Positions 8,887-19,700 of a stretch of 42,020 bases of DNA are shown in pieces (the first letter of the stretch is position 1; every line of letters begins with the position of its first letter). Source of the DNA: a virus; the IMG/VR virus record IMGVR_UViG_3300045988_133592, positions 1 through 42,020 of that record; one strand, given 5' to 3'. The notes under the pieces are model-generated. The model worked only from the letters and a program-made list of their open reading frames with translations. It ran no database searches and was not told the origin of the DNA. Position numbers and translations under genes: made by a program.

Positions 8887-9828
8887 ATGGCAATTAACAC
8901 ACTAGCAACAGCGACACTATTTCAGAACACACTGGATAAAGTCGCGATTCAGGACGCCGTGACCGGCTGGATGGACGCCAACGCCGGCCAGGTGATTTAC
9001 AATGGGGGCGCAGAAGTCAAGATTCCAAAAATGTCCGTACAGGGCATGGGGGACTATGACCGAGATACCGGTTATGTGCAGGGCGGGGTAACCCTCACCT
9101 ACGAAACCAGGACCATGACCCAGGACCGCGGCCGCAAGTTCCAGCTGGACCCCATGGATATCAACGAAAACAATTTTGTCACCACAGCGGCAGCCGTTAT
9201 GGGTGAGTTTCAGCGAATGCACGTGGTTCCGGAAATTGACGCCTACCGTATTTCCAAAATCGCATCTGAAACCATTACCGCCAACAAAGCGGGGATGATT
9301 GACTATGGCTACACTCCCGGCACAGCGAACACCTCCGCGTTGAGAAAAGTAAAAGAGGGCATTAAGGCCGTCCGTGAAGCCGGTTATAATGGCCCGTTGG
9401 TGATTCATGCGACACCGGGTTTCATCCTGGAACTGGAGATTGAGCTGGCCGGAAAGATTATGGCAGTCACCTTTTCCAAGGGCGGCATTAATACCCAGGT
9501 GCCCTCCATTGACGGCGTACCGATTATCGCGACGCCAGCCAACCGGATGTACTCTGCAATCACCATCAATGACGGCACCACCTCCGGACAGGAAGCGGGT
9601 GGCTACGCGAAAGGAACGCAGGCGCTTGATATTAACTTTGTGGTCCTGCCAACAGCGACTCCGATCGCCATCACCAAACAGGATATCATGCGCATCTTCG
9701 ACCCGACCATCAACCAGAGGCTCAACGCATGGCAGATGGATTACCGCCGTTTCCACGATATCTGGGTACTGGATAATAAGCTTGACTCCATCTACCTGAG
9801 CATTAAAGACGCCAAGCCGTCAGCCTGA
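8887..9828 (+). CDS. major capsid protein (SPP1 gp13-like)
   Basis: 313 aa following the scaffold. Good RBS. Position and size. Confidence 0.7.
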   Translation: MAINTLATATLFQNTLDKVAIQDAVTGWMDANAGQVIYNGGAEVKIPKMSVQGMGDYDRDTGYVQGGVTLTYETRTMTQDRGRKFQLDPMDINENNFVTTAAAVMGEFQRMHVVPEIDAYRISKIASETITANKAGMIDYGYTPGTANTSALRKVKEGIKAVREAGYNGPLVIHATPGFILELEIELAGKIMAVTFSKGGINTQVPSIDGVPIIATPANRMYSAITINDGTTSGQEAGGYAKGTQALDINFVVLPTATPIAITKQDIMRIFDPTINQRLNAWQMDYRRFHDIWVLDNKLDSIYLSIKDAKPSA

Positions 9829-9842
9829 TGGAGGGATAAGCC

Positions 9843-10082
9843 ATGAGACTGATTCGCAAAAACGTTGAGCGTGTCGCCGTTACAGAAGCCCAGATTGAAA
9901 AACTGAAAGCCTTGGGATTCCGGCCGATTGGCGGGGATACCGCAGAGATCGTTCAGGCGGCCGCAGACATCAATACAAAAACAGTGGCAGAACTGAAAGC
10001 CCTTGCCAAAGAAAAAGAAATTGAAGGTTACTCTAGTCTTACAAAAGAGGAGCTTCTGGCGGTTTTGAAGGACGTGGTTTAA
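9843..10082 (+). CDS. Rho termination factor N-terminal-domain-like small head protein
   Basis: VAELKALAKEKEIEGYSSLTKEELLAVL matches the Rho_N motif. Confidence 0.5.
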   Translation: MRLIRKNVERVAVTEAQIEKLKALGFRPIGGDTAEIVQAAADINTKTVAELKALAKEKEIEGYSSLTKEELLAVLKDVV

Positions 10083-10424
10083 GTGACGAATACCGACAAG
10101 ATTCAACTGTTGACGGGTGAAAGCAACAAGGATTTGATCACGCTTATCCTGGAAGATGCAGAATCTTTTGTATTAGCATATACCAATCGGTCCCGGCTAA
10201 TTCCCGAGCTTGAAAAAACCGTGCGGGATCTGGCTGTGATTGCCCTGAACCGCATGGGCACAGAGGGTGAAACAGGCCGAAGTGAGGGCGGTGAGAACTA
10301 CAGTTTTGACACTGCCCCAAAGGCCATCTATGATATTATGAACCGTTACCGGCTGGTTCGTGTAGGAGGGAGAACCTATGAGAATAAAACGCAGCCGTCT
10401 GAAATCGTACAGCCATCGGAGTAA
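10083..10424 (+). CDS. head-tail connector (gp6/gp15-like, Phage_connect_1)
   Basis: GTG start. LIPELEK...AVIALNRMGTEG motif. Position after the capsid. Confidence 0.55.
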   Translation: MTNTDKIQLLTGESNKDLITLILEDAESFVLAYTNRSRLIPELEKTVRDLAVIALNRMGTEGETGRSEGGENYSFDTAPKAIYDIMNRYRLVRVGGRTYENKTQPSEIVQPSE

Positions 10425-10752
10425 AAGCCTGCAAAAGGATAGCGAGGGCAACACCTACACTGATTATGGTGATGCGACTTCTTTTAAGGCGGAGCTCTGG
10501 CCGGGCGGCGGCAAGCTGCAGGCAGAGCTGTACGGTGAGCGTCTGTCGAATATCCGAAACCTGCGGCTTGAAGGCCCTTATACCATCACGACGGATTCAA
10601 AAGATGTGGTGCACTATGTTTTTGAGGACGGACCGGATATTGTGGAAGGGGACGGCCTTTGCCTGTATGTTGGCCCAGACCGCCCGCCGGATTACAAAAT
10701 TATCGCCGTGAAGCCCTACAAAATTTTGCGGTTGGAGGCGGAAAAGATATGA
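10378..10752 (+). CDS. head closure / head-tail joining protein (SPP1 gp16-like)
   Basis: AGGAGG RBS 8 nt upstream. Overlaps the previous gene. Size and order. Confidence 0.5.
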   Translation: MRIKRSRLKSYSHRSKSLQKDSEGNTYTDYGDATSFKAELWPGGGKLQAELYGERLSNIRNLRLEGPYTITTDSKDVVHYVFEDGPDIVEGDGLCLYVGPDRPPDYKIIAVKPYKILRLEAEKI

Positions 10753-11246
10753 TTCTGGGGGCGTTGGAGCTTGAAAAGAAGCTGAGGGCACTGTCTGAAA
10801 TGGATCTGCGGCAAGGCATTGAAAAAGGGATTTCCCTTGTCCAGGAGGATGCAAAGGCCAATTGCCCGGTGTACGACGGCGAACTGCGTGAAAGCATCTT
10901 TACAGAAGTAGAAAACAAAGACGCCAAGATTCGAGGAACCTGCTACACCAACAAACGGTATGCGCCTTATGTCGAGTTTGGCACCGGCCCCCGTGGTCAG
11001 GCCGATCATGACGGCATTTCTCCCGACGTTCCTGTTGCTTATACACAGACCCCTTGGTGGATCCATGAAAGCCAGATCGGGAGAGACATTGCCGAACACT
11101 ACGGCTTTTTCTATATCGACACCGATGAAGGCCGGTTTTACAAGTGCTACGGCCAGGCCGCCCAGCCTTTTATGTATCCCGCTTTAAAGAATAACGAAGA
11201 AGAAATTCTGAAAATAATAAAACGAACACTAAAGGAACAACTATGA
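10749..11246 (+). CDS. HK97 gp10-like tail component
   Basis: Internal ATG at 10749 (ATGA overlap). DGELRESIF motif typical of the gp10 family. The upstream part of the listed ORF is overlap. Confidence 0.55.
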   Translation: MILGALELEKKLRALSEMDLRQGIEKGISLVQEDAKANCPVYDGELRESIFTEVENKDAKIRGTCYTNKRYAPYVEFGTGPRGQADHDGISPDVPVAYTQTPWWIHESQIGRDIAEHYGFFYIDTDEGRFYKCYGQAAQPFMYPALKNNEEEILKIIKRTLKEQL

Positions 11247-11602
11247 AAAATGTAAAAGACCAGGTATACGCGGCGTTGGCCGCGGTTTTTGACCATGTGA
11301 CAGACCAGTATCCCCCAACTTGGGCGGATTTACCGGCGGTACAGTACACAGAGGAAGATAATAAGGTATTTGAAAGATCGGATAACAAAGAAGATAAGGC
11401 CTATGTGCGTTATCGAGTGGATATTTGGGACAGTCGGTCAACTTCAGAAGGCGCATTGAAGGCAGATGCCGCACTTTCGGCCTTGGGGCTGGTGCGTACT
11501 TTATGCCAGGACACCCCCGATCCATCGGGGCATAAACATAAAACAATGCGCTATGAAGGCATTATCGATATGGAATCCGAAATAGTCTACTGGCCGAATT
11601 AA
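11243..11602 (+). CDS. tail completion / tail-head joining protein (gp17-like)
   Basis: Order and size. ATGA overlap with the previous gene. Confidence 0.4.
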   Translation: MKNVKDQVYAALAAVFDHVTDQYPPTWADLPAVQYTEEDNKVFERSDNKEDKAYVRYRVDIWDSRSTSEGALKADAALSALGLVRTLCQDTPDPSGHKHKTMRYEGIIDMESEIVYWPN

Positions 11603-11625
11603 AATATAAAAAGGAGTGTGAAAAC

Positions 11626-12051
11626 ATGTTAGCAAATGGAGCAAAATTAGGGTTTAAGAAAAAAGGTGGCGCAACTTTTACGGATCTCCCTGGATTAAAG
11701 GAAATCCCTGATCTGGGTGTAGAGCCGGAAAAAGTAGAAAACACCGTGCTTACAGACGAAAACAAGCAGTATGAAAACGGGATCGGTGATCTAGGGGAAA
11801 TGAAATACAAATTTAAGTATGACAACACCAAAGCCGACAGCCCCTACCGGGTGATGCGTGCAGCGCAAATATCGGGCGAGGTGCTTTCCTTTCAAGAGAC
11901 CTTGAACGATGGCACCAAAACGGAATACGATGCCCAGGTATCCGTTAAACGTACCGGTGGTGGTGTCAATGCCGTCATGGAATTTGAATTGAATATGGCG
12001 ATTCAGAGCAATCTGACCTATACGGACCCAGAAGTGAAAACAGGAGTTTAA
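11626..12051 (+). CDS. major tail protein
   Basis: 141 aa directly upstream of the chaperone G/GT pair. Good RBS (AAAGGAG). Confidence 0.65.
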   Translation: MLANGAKLGFKKKGGATFTDLPGLKEIPDLGVEPEKVENTVLTDENKQYENGIGDLGEMKYKFKYDNTKADSPYRVMRAAQISGEVLSFQETLNDGTKTEYDAQVSVKRTGGGVNAVMEFELNMAIQSNLTYTDPEVKTGV

Positions 12052-12068
12052 AAAAGGAGCACTAAAAA

Positions 12069-12518
12069 ATGAGTGATTTATACGGATTAGATGAAGAAAT
12101 GCAGGAAGACAAGGTCGTTTCCATGGAAGATGGCAGAGAGGCCGTGAAGGCTAAGCGAAAGCCCTTCCATTATTGGGAGGTCGGCGGTAAAGAATACAAA
12201 TTAAAACTGACGACCCAGATGATCGGAAAGCTTGAAACCAAATACCGGACCAACATTCTAACGTTAGTGTCGGATAATGGGATTCCGCCGCTCTCGGTGA
12301 TGCTGACCGTGATACAGGCGGCCATTTCGCCCTGGGAGCATGGGGTTTCTTTTCAAGACGTCCAAAAGATTTATGACCAGTGGCTGGAAGGCGGCGGGAA
12401 CCAGATGGAGCTTTTTAGTAACATCATTATGCCAACCATGGCGGTATCTGGTTTTTTTACGCAAAAACAGGCAGAATCCATGATGGAAAGCTTGAAGTCC
12501 GTGGACGAGCTGCTGTAA
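12069..12518 (+). CDS. tail assembly chaperone (gpG-like)
   Basis: Position between the major tail gene and the tape measure gene. Contains the slippery site near its 3' end. Confidence 0.75.
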   Translation: MSDLYGLDEEMQEDKVVSMEDGREAVKAKRKPFHYWEVGGKEYKLKLTTQMIGKLETKYRTNILTLVSDNGIPPLSVMLTVIQAAISPWEHGVSFQDVQKIYDQWLEGGGNQMELFSNIIMPTMAVSGFFTQKQAESMMESLKSVDELL

Positions 12519-12907
12519 AAACACCAACTTTATTTTTACAGGCCATTGAAAAACTCTATCCAGACGCACTAGACTGCGGCATTGCGCCGGAAGCTTTCTG
12601 GAATTATTCCCCCATGGAGATTTTTGACTTAATGGAAAGCTTCAGACGCCGCGAACAGCAGCGGATTAAACAGAAAGTGCAGCATGACTTTATTATGGCA
12701 GAAGCGGCGGCCCGTTACACGGCAAAAATCGTAAATGGTGAGGGGGAACAACCGCGTGTCTGGGACTATTACCCCACACTGTTTAGCGCCGAAAAAGCCG
12801 CTTTTGAGCATGAAAAAGAAGTCGATGACCTGGAGACTTATAAAGCTAAACGCGCGGCTTATGTACAGGCCTTTAATGCACGAAGGGAGGAGGAAACCCA
12901 AAAATGA
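12069..12907 (+). CDS. tail assembly chaperone G-T fusion made by a programmed -1 frameshift at GGTTTTTTTAC (12450-12460)
   Basis: The -1 frame is open from 12422 to 12907 and ends ATGA-overlapping the tape measure start. The T7 run is read as T TTT TTT in the zero frame. Confidence 0.7.
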
Positions 12908-15900
12908 GCGATGTTTTAGAAAGATTACAGGTCGTGATCGAGGGGAACCTCACGTCCTATAAAAAGGTTTTAAAGGAAGCCGTTGCGGAAACTAAAAGCA
13001 AGACCGATGCCATTAACCGGGAGACTGAAAAAATAAAAAGCCCCTTGAGTGGTTTCGTGGATAACCAGGAACTGGGTAAAATCCAGAAAATTCAAAAAGC
13101 AATCCGGGATACCGTTGCGGCAGTAAAAAAACAAAGCGGGCTGCCCGAAACCAATCAAAACAGCATCGGCAACCGGTTAAAGGACTTTCAGGTCAAGGCA
13201 GGCATTAAAACCTATACGGATGAGTACAAACAGCTGGAAGTGGATGCCGAACGCTATAGCAAAGCCCTTGAGAAGCTGAATGCAAAGGAACGTGATTTAA
13301 GGGGCAGCGGTGCCAATGGACAGCTGTCTGATCAATACAATAAGGTTTGTGCCGCAATTGAAAAATCTGAAAAGGCCCTGGCCGCGCTCCAGAACCGTCA
13401 AAAAGCCCTTGAGTCTACCGGGAAAGCCGGAAAACCAACCGAGGCTTATGGTGCGCTGCAAAAGAAATACAATGCGGCACAGGGCAATTTAGGCGGCTTA
13501 AGGGAGACTGAAGCGAGCTGGAAAGAAATGGGGCTGCCGGAAACAGCGATTCCCAAAGGATTCCGGACTGAAATAGAAGCAGCTGAAAAAGAAGTTACTT
13601 CCCTAAAAGCGCAGATGGAAGATTTAAGGAACGCGGACGGCGCTTTTGTTCAAAGCCGGGAAATGCAGAACTTAGGTACCCGCATACAGGAAGCAAAGGA
13701 GAAATTAAGCCAATACCAGGCGGAACAGCAGCGCCTTGAAGCCTCGGGCGCCAATTTAGGAAGCCGGGAATGGCAGAGTCTACAGACCCAGATTGACCAG
13801 ACCCGACGACGCATGGAAAGCGCCAACCTCGCAATGCTGAAGTTGAAAAGCTCCGGCGCAGGCCTGAAGTTTGCCGGCCTTAAAAACGCCGCATCCAGTT
13901 TAACTCCCAAATTTAGTGCCATGAAAGCCGTCTTTTCAAAAGTCGTGCCGGCCATAAAAAAAGTGAGTGGCGCCTTTGGGGCGCTCTTGCAAAAAACTTT
14001 AAGTCTGATCCCCGGGGTTAAGCGGTTAACCAGCGGTATGAACGGCGCACACCGTAGCAGTCAACGGTTAGGTGGCGCCTTCCAGACGCTTGCCATAACG
14101 GCAAAATTTATGCTGGCCAGCTTCCTGATCATGGGGGCTATGAACGGCATGAAGGAGGGCTTCCAGAATTTAGCCCAATACAGTAATACTACCAATGCCA
14201 GTTTGTCGATGCTAATGTCCAGCTTAACTCAGCTCAAAAACAGCCTGGCAACAGCCTTTGCTCCCATTCTGAACGTCATTGCACCGATTTTAGACACGTT
14301 GCTCCAAAAGGTTTCCCAGGCGGTGACCGCGGTCGGGATGCTCATTGGCTTTTTAACCGGACAGGGGACCTTTACGCGGGCTAAAAAAGTGCAGCAGGAT
14401 TATGCCGCAAGCCTGGGTACGGCTGCCAAAGGGGCCGATAAAGCCGCCAAAGCCAACGAGAAGTTAAAGGCCTCGGTTCTTGGATTTGACCAGTTAAATA
14501 AGTTAGATGACCACAGCGAATCCGATGCCGGAGACAGCGGTGCCGGTGATGTGGGCGGTCTTTCGCCAGGCGATATGTTCGAGGAAGTTTCAATTCCTGA
14601 TAACATCAAGGCATTTGCGGAAAAATTAAAAGAAGCTTGGACAAATGCCGACTTTACCGAGATCGGCGCCATTGTGGGTGGTAAGTTAAATTCAGCGCTG
14701 GCCGGTATTCCATGGGATTCGATTAAGGAAACAACGTCCCGGATTGCGAAAAGCATTGCGACTTTTTTAAATGGGTTTATCGAAATAACCGACTGGGGCT
14801 TGGTGGGTGCGACCCTGGCTGAGGGACTCAACACCGCCATCCTGTTTTTAGGCACCTTCATTGAAAACTTCCACTGGAAGTCTTTAGGCGATGCCATTGC
14901 AAATGGGATAAACGGTTTTGTCTCGACCATTGACTGGGGCTATGCAGGCCGTATGCTGTCAAACGGCGTTAAAGGACTTTTGGATACTATTTTAGCCGCC
15001 GTAACCCAGACAGACTGGAGGAAGATCGGCGCATCGATTGGGACTTTTTTAAACAGTATCGATTGGTCAGGGATTATCACCAATGCACTCGTGACCCTTG
15101 CGAGCCTTCCGGTAGCGCTTTTAAACCTATTGTCCGGATTTTTACAAGAAACGGACTGGGGACAATTAGCAACAGATGTTGCAACGGGCATCGGAAACTT
15201 TTTTATGAGTTATGATTGGAAAGGGGCTTTTTTCAGTGTCGGTGAATTCATTGGGTCAGTTGTTGCTGGTGTTTTTGACATTGCAGAGGTCATTGGGGAA
15301 TCCATCGCCAACGCTGTGGAGGGTGCGAACCAGTACTTTGATGAGAAAATCAAAGAAGCTGGCGGCAATATTACAAGGGGGATGTGTGTTGGCATAAAGG
15401 ATGCTTTTGTTAACATCGGAACCTGGATTTACGATAACATTTTACAGCCGTTTATGGAAGGGTTCCAGAACGCTTTCGGTATTCACAGCCCATCTACGGT
15501 TATGGCAGAACAAGGAGGCTACATTATTTCTGGCCTTTTCCAGGGGCTACTAGATAATATTGGCGCTGTGATCACGTGGTTTGCCGATCTGCCCAACAAA
15601 GTCCGCGAAGCTTTAGGCAACGCGAAAGAGTGGCTGGTCGAAAAAGGCAAAAGCGCCATTGAAGGCATTCAAAACGGTTATGAAGCCGTTAAGGACAGTC
15701 AGTTTTTATCGAATGTTCGCCGAATGGGGTCAGAGGCCTTTTCGGCCATCGGCAATATCGCAGAAAGCGTAAGGCAAAAAGGTTCTGATATCGTAAATGG
15801 GATTAAGAATGGTTATGAAAGCAATAAAGGCCAGATCCAATCTGCGGTATCCAGTATTCCGAGCTTAATCTCTTCGGGTATTGGTAATCTTTGGAACATT

Positions 15901-16341
15901 GGCCGCGACGCAATCCGATCCTTTGCGGAAGGGTTCGGATCTATCCACATTCCAACACCGCACATTGATTGGAACTGGAGCAACTTTAAGGTTGGTAATA
16001 CGAGTTTTAGTGTGCCTCGGTTCAGCATTAACTGGTACGCCCAGGGCGGTTTCCCCGGGGCCGGCGAAATGTTTATCGCCCGTGAATCCGGGCCTGAACT
16101 TGTTGGTAAAATGGGCAACCGAAACGCGGTCGCGAACAATGGGCAGATCGTTGAAGGGATCAAGGGGGGCGTTAAAGAAGCCGTGATTGAGGCAATGATG
16201 CTTTTTACAGGTAACCAGGAACAAGGAGAACCACCGATTCTGGAATTTACCTGGAACTGTGATTCTGAAACACTCTATAAGATTGTACAGCGCGGCAAAG
16301 AAAAAGCTGGGCGGCGCTATGAAGTGGTTGCAAAACCATAG
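12904..16341 (+). CDS. tail tape measure protein
   Basis: 1145 aa. N-terminal coiled coil, central hydrophobic or Gly-rich segment. Position after G/GT. Confidence 0.85.
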   Translation: MSDVLERLQVVIEGNLTSYKKVLKEAVAETKSKTDAINRETEKIKSPLSGFVDNQELGKIQKIQKAIRDTVAAVKKQSGLPETNQNSIGNRLKDFQVKAGIKTYTDEYKQLEVDAERYSKALEKLNAKERDLRGSGANGQLSDQYNKVCAAIEKSEKALAALQNRQKALESTGKAGKPTEAYGALQKKYNAAQGNLGGLRETEASWKEMGLPETAIPKGFRTEIEAAEKEVTSLKAQMEDLRNADGAFVQSREMQNLGTRIQEAKEKLSQYQAEQQRLEASGANLGSREWQSLQTQIDQTRRRMESANLAMLKLKSSGAGLKFAGLKNAASSLTPKFSAMKAVFSKVVPAIKKVSGAFGALLQKTLSLIPGVKRLTSGMNGAHRSSQRLGGAFQTLAITAKFMLASFLIMGAMNGMKEGFQNLAQYSNTTNASLSMLMSSLTQLKNSLATAFAPILNVIAPILDTLLQKVSQAVTAVGMLIGFLTGQGTFTRAKKVQQDYAASLGTAAKGADKAAKANEKLKASVLGFDQLNKLDDHSESDAGDSGAGDVGGLSPGDMFEEVSIPDNIKAFAEKLKEAWTNADFTEIGAIVGGKLNSALAGIPWDSIKETTSRIAKSIATFLNGFIEITDWGLVGATLAEGLNTAILFLGTFIENFHWKSLGDAIANGINGFVSTIDWGYAGRMLSNGVKGLLDTILAAVTQTDWRKIGASIGTFLNSIDWSGIITNALVTLASLPVALLNLLSGFLQETDWGQLATDVATGIGNFFMSYDWKGAFFSVGEFIGSVVAGVFDIAEVIGESIANAVEGANQYFDEKIKEAGGNITRGMCVGIKDAFVNIGTWIYDNILQPFMEGFQNAFGIHSPSTVMAEQGGYIISGLFQGLLDNIGAVITWFADLPNKVREALGNAKEWLVEKGKSAIEGIQNGYEAVKDSQFLSNVRRMGSEAFSAIGNIAESVRQKGSDIVNGIKNGYESNKGQIQSAVSSIPSLISSGIGNLWNIGRDAIRSFAEGFGSIHIPTPHIDWNWSNFKVGNTSFSVPRFSINWYAQGGFPGAGEMFIARESGPELVGKMGNRNAVANNGQIVEGIKGGVKEAVIEAMMLFTGNQEQGEPPILEFTWNCDSETLYKIVQRGKEKAGRRYEVVAKP

Positions 16342-16357
16342 AAAGGAGAAAAAAGAC

Positions 16358-16714
16358 GTGGCAATGATTGAAGTGGACGGTCGCCCCATAAAAGACCCTT
16401 CAGGGTTTGAGTGGGGGCTGCAGGATGTTTCTGCGGCGGATGCGGGACGAACAGATGACATGCTGATGCACAAGAATCGCCTTGGACAGAAAAGAAAAAT
16501 TAAATTGTCTTGGAATAATCCGACACCGGAGGAAGCTGCGTCCATTCTCCAGGCATTTAATCCTGAGTATGTTTTTGTAACATATCCGGATAGCATGAGC
16601 GGCACCGATGAAACACGTGAGTTTACTGTCGGTGACCGTTCTGCACAGATGCGTAGCTGGGCAGCCAATTATAAACGCTATACTCAAGTCGTATTTAACA
16701 TCATAGAGAGGTGA
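16358..16714 (+). CDS. small tail component (distal-tail/Dit-like or minor tail protein)
   Basis: GTG at 16358, 9 nt after AAAGGAG. The listed ATG at 16259 lies inside the tape measure gene. Position after the tape measure. Confidence 0.4.
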   Translation: MAMIEVDGRPIKDPSGFEWGLQDVSAADAGRTDDMLMHKNRLGQKRKIKLSWNNPTPEEAASILQAFNPEYVFVTYPDSMSGTDETREFTVGDRSAQMRSWAANYKRYTQVVFNIIER

Positions 16715-19700
16715 CGGCAATGATCAACACCAGCAACGAATTTAAAGACGCATTGCAAAAAAACAACACTTGCATCGTGCGGGCAACGATCCAGCTTAAG
16801 AGCGGAAAGATCCTTAACATTGATGCATCCAACACTATGCAAAATGGTACAAAAATTGACGATAGCACCAGCAGTCCCGGATCATTTGATGTCGGGGCTG
16901 CGGTGATAAACAAGTTAACTCTGACACTGAATAATCACCATGATACTTTTTCAGATGATGATTTCACAGATGCCGTAATCACGGTATGGGTTGGAAAATT
17001 TCTTGACGGGCGCATCGAGTGGCTTAAAAAGGGTGTTTTTAACGCTGAAGATCCAAAGGCAAGCACGTCTATCTTAACAATCGAAGCTCTCGACAATATG
17101 GAGAAATTCGACCGCAGTTATGACGGAAAATTGACATTTCCAAGAACCTTACAGGCGATAGTGCAATACTGCTGCGACCAGTGCGGTGTTCTACTGTGTA
17201 CCACACGGTTCGACAATGACAGTTTTACCATAATGGCCAACCCTTTTTCCGATGAAGATAAAATGACATACCGTGAGATTTTGAGCTATTGTGCTCAAAT
17301 TGCGGGGTGCTACGCCCGGTGTAATACGGATGGACAGCTGGAATTGAAATGGTACCCACGAGCGATTTTTGATGCGGACAACTTGGATGGTGGCGGTTTC
17401 GATACAAATACGCCTACCTATTCCACTGGTGACACTGCCGACGGTGGAAACTTTACAGACTACAATTCCGGTAATGCGATTGATGGCGGGACTTTTACCA
17501 ATTGGCAGCAGGCCCATCACATTTACCGAACAAACGCCCTGGAGGTCTCTACAGATGACGTGGTTATTACAGGAATTCAGGTAACAGCCTCAGAGAAAAG
17601 GCAAGATAATGAAATCTTGGCTGGTGAAACCGTGCTATACGGGGCAGAGGGCTATGTAGTCACCGTTGAAAAAAATCCCTTTATTGAACATGGTCGTGCG
17701 AATGAAGTGGCTACATATTTAGGACAAAAAATTGTCGGAATGCGGTTTCGAAAAATGTCAGCCTCCTGTCTTGGAGATCCGTCGATTGAAGCTGGTGATG
17801 CTGCTTATATATCTGATAGAAAGGGCAATACCTACCACTGTTACATTACGAATCTAACCTATACCGTTAACGGCTTCGAGCAGATTTCAACCGATGCGGA
17901 AACACCTAGCCGGAACACAGCAAAGCGTTATTCAGAAATAACAAAAGCGATCATTGAGTCTGGCAAAAATACGGACATTAAGCTTTCGCAATATGACACT
18001 TATGTTGGGAAAATGAATGAGCTGGCCATGAACGCAATGGGGTATTATCAGACGATCACAGATCAGCCGGATGGCAGTAGAATTAGCTATATGCACGATA
18101 AACCAAAATTGACAGAAAGTATGCTTATCTACAAAATTTCAGCAGATGGTTTTTTCATGTCAAGGGACGGTGGCAAAACCTATACCCATGGCGTGGATAA
18201 AAATGGAAATGCCGTCATGAATGTGATCGCGGCAATTGGCATTGTTGCAGACTGGGTTAACACACGTGGACTTAAAGCTCAGGACAATGACGGTAAAACC
18301 ACTTTTGAAGTGGATGCAGCTACTGGACGTGTGAGCATTGACGCGGACCTCATAACAATTAAGAGCGAGAATGTCACAACCGAAAATGAAATGACCGCTG
18401 CGATTGAATCGTCGGCAGCAGGGCTAAAGCAAGAGTTTTCCACCGTGGTGAGTGGCGTCATTACTGGTAACAACAATATGTTGACTGGAACTGCGTTGAA
18501 AACAAACAAATACGTAACATACACAAGTACAGATGGCTCGACAGCGCTCATATCGCCAATAGATAGTCCAGCGGCCACTTCGGGTTGGACGATGCGTATA
18601 ACGATGCTTAATCCTGGAAAAGGATTGATAAGGTTTAGTAAAAATATTATACAGCTAAAAGCGGGGAAAACTTATACAATCTCCGCAATGATGGCGTGTG
18701 GTATACCATCGCTCAATGTAACTTTTGGAATGACATCTAGTAATGGCTCAAAGACAGTGGTACTAACAGAAAAATTTTTACAGTATGATCATACATTTAC
18801 CCCGTCCGTAAGCGATACAGGTACAAATTATGCCAAGTTTTTTATTCAAATGAATGAACCGCTGCCATCTACCGGCGGGATAGGAATAATTTTTGCGGAT
18901 ATAAAGCTAACAGAAAATGCAGCCCCCACGCCATGGGCGCCAAGCGCAGCCGATATATCCGATGAATTAGAGGTGTATAGCACCACCGCAGAAATCAATG
19001 CTAGTATTGAAAGTCGGGCAGCTAAACTGACAAAGGAGTTTAATACCAGGCTCGGTGAATACCCCACCACCATCGAAATGAACGGGGCCATAACCACCAA
19101 TGCAGCCGGTTTGACGGCTCAGTTTAACGCTAAATTGGGCAACTATTCCAACACGATGGAAATGCAGTCTGCCATACAGGCGAGTGCCAGTGGGCTTCAA
19201 GCGAACTTTACGCAGAAGCTGACGAATTATGCAACGGTTACCCAGATGAATACCTCAATTCTGGCGTCTGCAAATGGGATTAGCGCAACGATAAGCAGTC
19301 AGATCGCAAATGGTGTAGGAAAAATTCAAACAACAAAATTTGTGTTGGATCTAAACGGGCTGCTAATTAAAAACGGCGGCATAACGATTCAAAATAACGC
19401 CGGGGCCAAAGTGTTTTATGGCGACACAAGTGGTAACTTGGTCTATTCCGGCGTTCTGGAGCAGCGAAAAAATGGAAATCTTACACTGCGTGTTCGAAAT
19501 AATGTAATAGATTTTTATGCGCCACAGTATACGGATAATTTTGTTGGTTTCATCGGATCTATGGATAATGCGCAGGGCCAGCGGCAGGGGATTATTTTTG
19601 GACATGATGTAGGAGATGTACTTACTGTTTCAAGACGTGTAAGCGGTGGTTATGTAGCGCATATGGAATTTTCAGATTATGGCATAAGTGTTGGAGATGT

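Noticed and set aside
16259-16357. Listed ATG start at 16259 for the post-tape-measure gene
   Set aside because: It lies inside the tape measure coding region. A GTG at 16358 is correctly spaced from AAAGGAG just after the tape measure stop.
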